From IMG/VR virus record IMGVR_UViG_3300025832_000005, positions 62,001 through 126,000 of that record: a stretch of DNA of 64,000 nucleotides; one strand, written 5' to 3'. The translations under genes were made by a program, and so were the position numbers. The stretch's first letter is position 1. Each line of letters starts with the position of its first letter. Shown here one piece after another: positions 1 through 7,700 of this stretch. This DNA comes from an uncultured virus (IMG/VR IMGVR_UViG_3300025832_000005). Taxonomy: Duplodnaviria > Heunggongvirae > Uroviricota > Caudoviricetes. The notes beneath the pieces are model-generated. The model worked only from the letters and a program-made list of their open reading frames with translations. It had not been told where the DNA came from and searched no databases.

Positions 1-28
1 TATAGTACATACGGTACTGATTGTCAAG

Positions 29-277
29 CTATCTATTGGAGTTTTTTTGTTGTTCTTTTAGCCAGCGTTTACGTGCCGCTGCTTTAGCCTTTTTACGCTT
101 TAGACTTGGCTTCTCAAAATATTCACGGTCACGAAGCTCTTTAAGCAAGCCTTCATTGTTTACCATTTTCTTTAGTTTACGTAGCGCACGAGCTATGTCG
201 TTATTGTGTACGTCTACTTGTAGTCCTCTATTTTCTTTTTGTTCTCGTCTTCTTGGTTTTCTATTATCTCTATCCAT
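29..277 (-). CDS. rpsU: Phage-encoded ribosomal protein bS21
   Basis: VDVHNNDIARALRKLKK...LLKELRDREYFEKPSLKRKKAKAAARKR matches the S21 signature; short charged N-terminal extension. Confidence 0.93.
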   Translation of the reverse strand: MDRDNRKPRRREQKENRGLQVDVHNNDIARALRKLKKMVNNEGLLKELRDREYFEKPSLKRKKAKAAARKRWLKEQQKNSNR

Positions 278-803
278 TTTTTCCTCGTTTTAATATTCCT
301 ATTAGCCGATTACCATTTAAACTAGGCTTTGAATCCCATTCAACTTCCTCAAGTGTATCTACTACACGAGCAAGTATCTCAAATCCTACCTGTTTATTTG
401 CGTTTTCTCGGCCTCTAAAACGCACCATTAGTTTTACTTTATTTCCTTTACTAAGGAATTTTTCAATATTTTTTAGTTTAGTGTCAAAATCATGATCACC
501 AATATTAGGTTTAAACTGTATCTCTTTTACTTCAATACGGCTTTCACGTTGCCGTTTGGCTAGATCTTTTTCACGCCGCTTTTGTTCGTAGAGATATTTA
601 TTAGCATCTAAAATCTTAGCGATAGGAGGTTTGGCAGATTCAGTTATTACTACTAAATCTAATCCTCTACTCTCAGCAATTTTTAGTGCTTTTGACTTAT
701 GCATAACTCCAAGTTGACCTTGATCGTCAACTACTCTTAACTCACTGTAACGTATTTGTCCGTTAATAGGTGTTTTAGGTTCTGGTTTGCTAAATTTTTT
801 CAT
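270..803 (-). CDS. infC: Translation initiation factor IF3
   Basis: INGQIR..LRVVD..GLDLVVI...PPIAKILD..KYLYEQK..VKEIQFKPNIGDHDFDTK..FLSKGNKVK..RFRGRE; both IF3 domains present; ATG start. Confidence 0.95.
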   Translation of the reverse strand: MKKFSKPEPKTPINGQIRYSELRVVDDQGQLGVMHKSKALKIAESRGLDLVVITESAKPPIAKILDANKYLYEQKRREKDLAKRQRESRIEVKEIQFKPNIGDHDFDTKLKNIEKFLSKGNKVKLMVRFRGRENANKQVGFEILARVVDTLEEVEWDSKPSLNGNRLIGILKRGKNG

Positions 804-841
804 TTGGGCCTATATATTGTTTGGTAATCATACTTTCTCCT

Positions 842-1258
842 TTATATGTATTCATTTGTAATCATCATCATATATTCATCAGTATCACTATATACTGTAT
901 ATTCTTTCCGTATATTAAATAGTTTTAATATATCAGACTGACGATCTTCTTTACTAAAGTAAATTGTGTTAGATTCGTTTAGTATACTTGCTACTAATTC
1001 AGTTTGTGTAACAGTGTCCAAATCTACAAAAACATTGTCACTAAGTCTCATTGTACTAATTAGCCAGGCTATGTTGTTATCATTAATTGGTCCATTAGCA
1101 TTATAAATTACAACAGGTACACTTTTGTACATTGCTTCATGTACTCGTTCAATGTCATCTAAAAATTTACTATTATTAGATAAAACTGTGACAACTGGAC
1201 CAGCATCTAATAACTTCATGTCTGGCGGTGATATGTGGTATATACTGTTTTCCCTCAT
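842..1258 (-). CDS. Hypothetical protein
   Basis: 138-aa ORF packed in the operon. Confidence 0.6.
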   Translation of the reverse strand: MRENSIYHISPPDMKLLDAGPVVTVLSNNSKFLDDIERVHEAMYKSVPVVIYNANGPINDNNIAWLISTMRLSDNVFVDLDTVTQTELVASILNESNTIYFSKEDRQSDILKLFNIRKEYTVYSDTDEYMMMITNEYI

Positions 1259-1264
1259 TGGGGT

Positions 1265-3271
1265 TTACTCATCCTCTTTATATGGTTTAGGTGGAGCCAA
1301 CTTTCCATCATAATCATCAGGCCATATGACAGTTCTTGCGTTACGTTCACTAGGGCTTAATTTACTTGTTGGTCTTGTATCAGTATACGGGTCATATAGC
1401 GGTTTGTCAACCTTTTTATTATCTGGCTTAGGTTTAACAACTTTTGCCATAGGAGTCTTTACTGTGTTGTTAGTAACTTCTTGTAATTCTGGTAGTATGC
1501 TTTCCTGCTTTTCTTCCACTATTGGTTCAACTACAGGCTTAGGCTTTTTTACTGGTGGCGGATCTCTTGGCGGCAATCCTCGATCTGCTCTACGCCATTC
1601 AAATATATACTGTGCTGCAATTAGTAGTGCAACTGCTAATGGATCAAACACAAATATAATAATGAGTATTACCCAACGTACTGCATCTTCTAGTGTAGTG
1701 CGATCAGCATCCTCGTATATAAACTCTGCCAAATACTTAACAGGTCCTACTTCTGCTTCTAGCTTTCTAGCTTCTGCTTGTAGCGCAAACTTTTCATTTG
1801 TAATACGGTCAATATTATCGTTTGCTGTTTTAATTCTAGCTAACTGTGCGTCAGTTAATGTATCTAAATCTACATCATCGCCTATCTGAATTTCAGCACG
1901 TAATCTTTCAATAACACTTTGTGACTGTAAAATCTCTGCTTCTGCTAGTTCACGTAGTCTAGCCATTTCTGCTTGCGCATTTTCAATTTTACGATCTGGT
2001 GAGTTACGTAAATCAGTAATACTATCCTGTGCTAGTTTACGTTGCTCTCTAACAGCAGGTATGTCTGTATCAAGTACTATAGTAATTTTTGTTTGTATGT
2101 TATCACGTTGTGTTTGTAAACTACTTGACGCATCATTTCTAATACGATCAATTGTATCTAATAGTCCTTGCTTACGTGCTTGTACACTTTCTGTTTGTGA
2201 TCCTCGTAGCCCTGTAACTAAGCCAGTTAAACGTTCACGCTCTGAACTAATAACTAATTGTGCTTGTGATCTTAGTTCTGTCTCTTGTGATTGTAATTGT
2301 GCGATGCGTTCTTGCTGTGCTGTTACCCAAGCATTTAGCGCACGAGTTGTATTACTGCCAAATAGTCCGTCACTAGTAACACCAATTACTGCCTGACCTT
2401 CTTGTATTTTAGCACGTTCTGTACTTTGTAGTTTGTTTGTGGTAATAACAATTGATTCCTCAATTGCTGTAATTTGTGCTTTTAGTGTATCAACTGCACT
2501 ATAGTCTGGTACTAGTTCACTAATACGAGCTTCATAATCTGCCGCTTGGGTGTCTAGTCTAGTAATATCATTATCAAGTTGTGTAATTTGATCTCTATAA
2601 GGCTGTATTTGTTCCTCTACACTTGCTACACTTGTATTGGATAACTGTGTTCTAAGCTCTGATATTAATCCATTTAATCTTACTATTTCTGTATCTAAGC
2701 TAGCTATTTCATCTGAAAATACAGCAACTCTTCCATCAAGTGCTAGTTCAGCGGCACTAATAATATCAAGTTGCTCTTGTATGCTAGGTTGACGTCTTGT
2801 ATATGCGCCATCAATACGTTGTTGTTCTTTATCTATTTTTTCTTGTATACCAACATCTTCTTTGTCAGCATCAGCTTCTCCTTTGGCAATACGTTCATTA
2901 GCTCTAGTAATAATCTCTTGTTCTCTGCCAATCTCCGCATCAAATCTTTCCAGTGTTGCCACTTGTTCATTAGCGGCGGCAGTTTGTTCAATATGTGCTT
3001 TAGATAAGAATCCAAAGATACCCATGCTTGTAATAAACATCAGTACTAGTACTGCTATACTAAGATATACTCTCAACCACCAGGCTGCTCGATCCCAATA
3101 TTTGTGTAACCATACAGCCGCCACTAGTTTGCCAATTTCTAGTGCGCCGCCCATTATAATAATAGGAATACTTGCTGCTGCAAATATAGCAACTAGCCCT
3201 GCTACACTATAGTAAATCGCAACTCCACTGATAGTTAGTGCGACTAATAAAGTTAAAATACCAAATAACAT
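1265..3271 (-). CDS. Membrane-anchored long coiled-coil protein with a central peptidoglycan-binding-like motif
   Basis: Three N-terminal hydrophobic helices, about 430 aa of heptad-rich sequence, GVTSDGLFGSNTTRALNAW motif, C-terminal hydrophobic helix, Pro/Lys-rich tail. Confidence 0.7.
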   Translation of the reverse strand: MLFGILTLLVALTISGVAIYYSVAGLVAIFAAASIPIIIMGGALEIGKLVAAVWLHKYWDRAAWWLRVYLSIAVLVLMFITSMGIFGFLSKAHIEQTAAANEQVATLERFDAEIGREQEIITRANERIAKGEADADKEDVGIQEKIDKEQQRIDGAYTRRQPSIQEQLDIISAAELALDGRVAVFSDEIASLDTEIVRLNGLISELRTQLSNTSVASVEEQIQPYRDQITQLDNDITRLDTQAADYEARISELVPDYSAVDTLKAQITAIEESIVITTNKLQSTERAKIQEGQAVIGVTSDGLFGSNTTRALNAWVTAQQERIAQLQSQETELRSQAQLVISSERERLTGLVTGLRGSQTESVQARKQGLLDTIDRIRNDASSSLQTQRDNIQTKITIVLDTDIPAVREQRKLAQDSITDLRNSPDRKIENAQAEMARLRELAEAEILQSQSVIERLRAEIQIGDDVDLDTLTDAQLARIKTANDNIDRITNEKFALQAEARKLEAEVGPVKYLAEFIYEDADRTTLEDAVRWVILIIIFVFDPLAVALLIAAQYIFEWRRADRGLPPRDPPPVKKPKPVVEPIVEEKQESILPELQEVTNNTVKTPMAKVVKPKPDNKKVDKPLYDPYTDTRPTSKLSPSERNARTVIWPDDYDGKLAPPKPYKEDE

Positions 3272-3274
3272 GAT

Positions 3275-3622
3275 TTAATCTCCGTACCGAGTGGCTAGGC
3301 CTTCGTTTATAAGAATCTGATTTACGTCAATACGGTTTTCATTAGCGTCCATAATATGGACATGTCCAAGAGTTCTACCAGCCTTGCCACGCTTATTCAT
3401 AATTGTATGACAGTAAAATTCTTTTCCAACTAGCTCTGCTAGTCGATTACGTGCTTTTTGCGCACGTTCTTTTTCTTTTGGATCAGAGCTTTTAATATCA
3501 GGAGCATTTACTCCATGAAGTTTAATACGTTGTCGTACTAATACATTAAAGCCAAGATCGATTTCAGCATCTATCGTACTGCCGTCAATAACTCGCATTG
3601 TTAAACATTTATAATCGTACAT
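3275..3622 (-). CDS. Thermonuclease (SNase)-family protein with altered active-site motifs
   Basis: RVIDGSTIDAEIDLGF..RIKLHGVNAPD..GKAGRTLG..VNQILINEGLA; start moved to the ATG at 3622. Confidence 0.75.
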   Translation of the reverse strand: MYDYKCLTMRVIDGSTIDAEIDLGFNVLVRQRIKLHGVNAPDIKSSDPKEKERAQKARNRLAELVGKEFYCHTIMNKRGKAGRTLGHVHIMDANENRIDVNQILINEGLATRYGD

Positions 3623-3623
3623 T

Positions 3624-4319
3624 TTATTGTTCCTGATTAGGCTTTTGGGCAGCCAACCATTTTTGCGCACGCCGATCGTTAGGCGGCGTTGTTAAAAACT
3701 TTTGTACGTTTTTGAATACTTGATTAAAGTTCTGTTCACGAGCTGGGTTTTCTTGACCCCCGCTGTTATCAACTACATGGAAATCAGCGGCGCCAAAAAC
3801 TTGCTGAAACTGCATTAGATTTTGTTGAACTTGGTTCCACATTTTGGAAACCATTTCAGCTGGAATACTTCTAGCACGTTGCTTATTACGTTCTTGTGCT
3901 ACTTCTTCACTTGTGTTTACATACACCATCATTGTTTCGTATCCCAATGACTTTAGCGCATTACTATCTTTTTGTACTTTAGCAACATCTTTGCCTGTAC
4001 CATCAATAACAAGACCTAGACGACCATCTAAATATTGAGTACGTCTTTTCTGTGTAAGCTCTTTGGCTTTATCACGTACTTCTTGACCTGCTTGACTACC
4101 AACAACTTCTGGATCTCCAAGATCCATATCTTGTTTCTGCGCCAAATATTCATAAATCTCATCACTATTAACAGATTTAAGGCCGCTAGATCCAAGCATC
4201 TTTCTAGCCACATAAGACTTTCCAGAACCTGGGCCACCGGCCATAAACACTGCTTTAAAAATATGAGGGTCGTTTGGACCTTCTTCAAGTGGTTGATTTA
4301 TTACTTCGTTAATTTTCAT
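3624..4319 (-). CDS. P-loop kinase (AAA_33/zeta-toxin/PNK-like)
   Basis: AVFMAGGPGSGKS Walker A, VNSD, LVIDGTG, ERNKQRAR lid; late box 5 nt upstream. Confidence 0.8.
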   Translation of the reverse strand: MKINEVINQPLEEGPNDPHIFKAVFMAGGPGSGKSYVARKMLGSSGLKSVNSDEIYEYLAQKQDMDLGDPEVVGSQAGQEVRDKAKELTQKRRTQYLDGRLGLVIDGTGKDVAKVQKDSNALKSLGYETMMVYVNTSEEVAQERNKQRARSIPAEMVSKMWNQVQQNLMQFQQVFGAADFHVVDNSGGQENPAREQNFNQVFKNVQKFLTTPPNDRRAQKWLAAQKPNQEQ

Positions 4320-4337
4320 ACATATATTTATGTATTT

Positions 4338-4832
4338 TCATTCCCAACGATAAAAAATATGCGCACCAATACGTCCTACTAGCTGTAAGGATGACGCCCA
4401 ATTAGGCTGTACATATGTAGCGTGGTAGTGTGTTGCGCCTTCTGTTAGTCCACGGTGCTTGCCGTTTTGAACTACGTTCCACGCAAGAGTTTGAGCATCT
4501 ACCCAAAGATCTTGGTTTTGTGGGTTATCTGCTTTGCCGTCACAGTACCAACTAAATTGGCACTTGTTACGGCGCATGTTACCGTTATCATCTTGTAACC
4601 CCTGCTTGACTACTTCGCAGATTGTATCGGGATAACGTATATCGTTTACACGATTAAGAACTACATCAGCAACACCTGCTCTGTCTGCTAAATTACTTCC
4701 TCGTGCTTCGTAGTAGATGTTTAATGCCATACAGCGTACTTCAGGAAATTCTTCAATTAGCTTAAAGTCTGTTGCTGATGATACTGGAGTAAATGCGAAA
4801 AACATCATAACTGCCATAATAAGTTTTTTCAT
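4338..4832 (-). CDS. Cell-wall hydrolase, SleB/Hydrolase_2 family
   Basis: Signal peptide; CMALNIYYEARG..VLNRV..YPDTICEVV..CQFSWYCDG..GATHYHA..IGAHIFY. Confidence 0.9.
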   Translation of the reverse strand: MKKLIMAVMMFFAFTPVSSATDFKLIEEFPEVRCMALNIYYEARGSNLADRAGVADVVLNRVNDIRYPDTICEVVKQGLQDDNGNMRRNKCQFSWYCDGKADNPQNQDLWVDAQTLAWNVVQNGKHRGLTEGATHYHATYVQPNWASSLQLVGRIGAHIFYRWE

Positions 4833-4856
4833 ACTCTTTGCCTCATGTATAAGAGT

Positions 4857-5081
4857 TTATATAATCTGTCCAAATTTAATTTTCTGTCGGACAGTTCCTC
4901 GGTCATCGAGAAGTTTAACTTCGCCGTCTTTAATCTCACCTCGTTGTAGTAAGCCATGACGATCTTTAATTTTCTTTCTCATATGATTGATAGCTTCTTT
5001 TTTACTACCAAATAGTTCACATTCTTTTTTAACACTTCCGTGTCTGTTGTATTCAATTGTTTCAATTTCAAATGTAGCCAT
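4857..5081 (-). CDS. Hypothetical protein
   Basis: SD GGAG before the ATG at 5081; TTGACA box upstream. Confidence 0.6.
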   Translation of the reverse strand: MATFEIETIEYNRHGSVKKECELFGSKKEAINHMRKKIKDRHGLLQRGEIKDGEVKLLDDRGTVRQKIKFGQII

Positions 5082-5139
5082 AATAAACACTCCTTACTTA
5101 AATAATATATAGATTAAAACTACAAATGTCAAGCATTAA

Positions 5140-5394
5140 TTACCATTCCTTAAACATACCTGCGTCTTCATTATCATTAAAGCCTTTGGTATAGGCAGTA
5201 ATTTCCAGTGGAGTCATGTCTTTCATTTCAACACGAGCACCTTTTTGTGTACCTTGAGGCCAGTAATGTGGATCAAAAGATCGTCCATAATAACTGTCAG
5301 CGCCACCACGATCATATGGCCCGCCGTGTACATCATCATATACGTTCTCAATTTTATTGAGTACATCAATTGGTAGTTGTGATTCAATAGTCAT
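5140..5394 (-). CDS. Hypothetical phage early protein
   Basis: 84 aa, HGGPYDRGGADSYYGR motif; TAATG coupling to the upstream gene. Confidence 0.65.
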   Translation of the reverse strand: MTIESQLPIDVLNKIENVYDDVHGGPYDRGGADSYYGRSFDPHYWPQGTQKGARVEMKDMTPLEITAYTKGFNDNEDAGMFKEW

Positions 5395-5705
5395 TACGCA
5401 GCTTCCTTTTCTCTACAAATATTTTCAATGTGACGTTCAATAGCACTATCTTTCCAATTAGCAAAGTCTAAAGAACGGGCATAACTTTTACTGACATAAT
5501 CAGCAGTAATATAGTACGCATCTTCTACAAGTTGAATACGGTTATATTCTTTAAGAGTACCTGAAGGAACACGATCATTCCAATACTCAGTTTCAGTTGC
5601 CGCAGGAATCATACCCATCCAACAACCAGGTTGCTTTGAAAACTCTTCAGCTTCTTTGCGTTGAGCGTTGATATAGTCAACTAGTGCAGTTTCCATATTA
5701 TACAT
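5394..5705 (-). CDS. Hypothetical phage early protein
   Basis: 103-aa ORF, translationally coupled at both ends. Confidence 0.65.
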   Translation of the reverse strand: MYNMETALVDYINAQRKEAEEFSKQPGCWMGMIPAATETEYWNDRVPSGTLKEYNRIQLVEDAYYITADYVSKSYARSLDFANWKDSAIERHIENICREKEAA

Positions 5706-6034
5706 TATAAAACTTCTCCTGTAATTACGTTAACAACTTTAGTATCTGGACCAAATGCTGCTTGCGCCATCATACGCTCTTCGTTCTTTTGTTCTTCTGA
5801 ACGGTTAGCTTGTGAAATCATGTACTCTTTTAAGAATGATGTCTGTTCAATCTTACGAGTGTTTTCAGAAATTTCAACTTGAAAATCAGCAATCAAACCT
5901 AATGTTGCAAAGTCAGTTACCATATCAAGAAATGGAACACGGTCATTGGATACCCAACGAACTACATCTCCATCTAAATATGCGTCAGCAAAGTTTTCAA
6001 TAACTTTTTGTTCTGTGTAACCTGTAAGCATCAT
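5705..6034 (-). CDS. Hypothetical phage early protein
   Basis: Start reassigned to ATG 6034 after SD AAGGA and downstream of the promoter at 6065-6093. Confidence 0.6.
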   Translation of the reverse strand: MMLTGYTEQKVIENFADAYLDGDVVRWVSNDRVPFLDMVTDFATLGLIADFQVEISENTRKIEQTSFLKEYMISQANRSEEQKNEERMMAQAAFGPDTKVVNVITGEVL

Positions 6035-6064
6035 TTTTGTTTCCTTGTTTGTTATCATACTACG

Positions 6065-6093
6065 ACTATAGCACCAAAACGTCTTGGTGTCAA
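6065..6093 (-). promoter_or_regulatory. Sigma70-type early promoter
   Basis: TTGACA-ccaagacgttttggtgc (17 nt)-TATAGT. Confidence 0.85.
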
Positions 6094-6159
6094 GCAAAAA
6101 CGCAGGAAAAGTTTCCTGCGTTTTCAATAGGTTATAATTTTTTTTAAATTAAATCCTGT

Positions 6160-6390
6160 CTATTTTCTATTCCAAATAGCATATAGTACCCAGATAGCAA
6201 TCAAGCCCATTAGGCCTTCTGCGCTTAGTGTGCCTAGCATCGCTGATACGTTGCTTACTACACTTGTTTCTGGGAAGAACGGAATCGCTCCTAATCCTAG
6301 TACTTCAACAACTAGCAGTAGTGCTACAATTGAAAGTCCCAAGTCTGTTAGGCCAGCAGCCCATCCTTTAATCTTTTTAAGAATATCCAT
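6160..6390 (-). CDS. Small membrane protein
   Basis: 76 aa, two hydrophobic segments, SD AAGGAG. Confidence 0.7.
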   Translation of the reverse strand: MDILKKIKGWAAGLTDLGLSIVALLLVVEVLGLGAIPFFPETSVVSNVSAMLGTLSAEGLMGLIAIWVLYAIWNRK

Positions 6391-6492
6391 AGTTTATCTC
6401 CTTTTAGGTTTTACGGGTTATGTCTCCCGGTGTGTGAACAGTCACACAACTTCAATATATTAACATAAATGTTATAAGTTGTCAAGAAGTTT

Positions 6493-7023
6493 TTAAGTAT
6501 CTTCTAAATCAAGCCACTGATACCAGCTTGGATGTCGTACAGCAAAATCTAATTGCTTACGTTTGCGTACAAGTTCATAGTATCCTGGTTGGTAAGGCTT
6601 ATATAGCGGACGCCAATTTGGTCCTACTTTATCACTTTTACTCCAGTTACAAGGCTTACATGCGGTAATACAATTGACCCAGGATGTCTTGCCGCCTTTT
6701 GATACAGGTCGGACATGGTCCATTGTAAGTTCACTTTTCAGATGTCTTTCGCCACAGTAGCCACACTCATATAAATCTCGCAAAAACAAATTATTTTTGC
6801 TAAATCGGGGCCTACGTGTTTTGTGCTTAAAATCTTTCAGCATAATAACTGCTGGCACTTTTGTTTCCCAACTGGGAGATCGGACAATCCAATCGTCATA
6901 CCAGTCAAGCACTGTGCATTTATCATGGTACATATACATTACTGCTTCTTTCCATTGTACCACACTTAATGGTAAGAAACTAACAGGTTGTGCGTCTGCA
7001 TTCAAAACCAGGGTATCGCTCAA
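6493..7023 (-). CDS. HNH endonuclease
   Basis: LVLNAD..P; RDLYECGYCG..LTMDHVRPVSKGG..WVNCITACKPCNWSK. Confidence 0.9.
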   Translation of the reverse strand: MSDTLVLNADAQPVSFLPLSVVQWKEAVMYMYHDKCTVLDWYDDWIVRSPSWETKVPAVIMLKDFKHKTRRPRFSKNNLFLRDLYECGYCGERHLKSELTMDHVRPVSKGGKTSWVNCITACKPCNWSKSDKVGPNWRPLYKPYQPGYYELVRKRKQLDFAVRHPSWYQWLDLEDT

Positions 7024-7052
7024 GTTTTAGTCCACTTCTTTGTTTTATGTAT

Positions 7053-7283
7053 TTATTCTGGGTCTTGAGCTAAAATTTCAGTAAGCAACATATGTATTGC
7101 TTCATCTGTCCAATTGTGTTCCTGATGGAAATTACCAGTTACTGAAAACCAGTCACCGTATTCTTCTACATCATTTGGAACCAGTGGATCAAATCCGTCT
7201 TCAATCATTTGTTTACATTCTGCTCGATGCAATCCGCTTTTACGCACTGCTCTCTCTAGATTGAAGTTTATTACATTACTCAT
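7053..7283 (-). CDS. Hypothetical protein
   Basis: 76-aa coupled ORF. Confidence 0.55.
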   Translation of the reverse strand: MSNVINFNLERAVRKSGLHRAECKQMIEDGFDPLVPNDVEEYGDWFSVTGNFHQEHNWTDEAIHMLLTEILAQDPE

Positions 7284-7588
7284 TAATCACACTCTGGAAA
7301 TTTATATTCTACAATTTTACGAACTACTTTTACTTGTCCGTTAAGTTTGTTTGTTACATAGTGTTTTGGTTCATTTGCGCCGTATAAGAACAATGCTCTT
7401 TTCGCAAATCCAAATATTTCTCTTTTTGTGCTTGATAATACAGTTTCTCGTGGATCGTTATCTCCAATCTCATCGAGGTATCTTAATGCGTATAATGTTA
7501 TGTCGTCTACCCCCAAGGGTACTTCGACCTTTGCCATAATTTTGCGCCCGTCTCCAGTATCTTTCGATCTCATTTTTTTGCCTTTCAT
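7283..7588 (-). CDS. Hypothetical protein
   Basis: 101-aa ORF behind a TTGACA-17-TATATT promoter; start may be 7573. Confidence 0.6.
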   Translation of the reverse strand: MKGKKMRSKDTGDGRKIMAKVEVPLGVDDITLYALRYLDEIGDNDPRETVLSSTKREIFGFAKRALFLYGANEPKHYVTNKLNGQVKVVRKIVEYKFPECD

Positions 7589-7700
7589 TTGCCTATAGTT
7601 AAGTTATAGTGTTTTGTGCCATGACGTCTTACCATAACCTATTACTTCACATAATATACGGCAAAACGACTTATTTGTCAAGTGTTTTCTTCAGTATTAT

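Noticed and set aside
3624..4319. Zeta toxin-antitoxin module
   Set aside because: No adjacent antitoxin-like gene; the late box and N-terminal motif fit a virion or late kinase better
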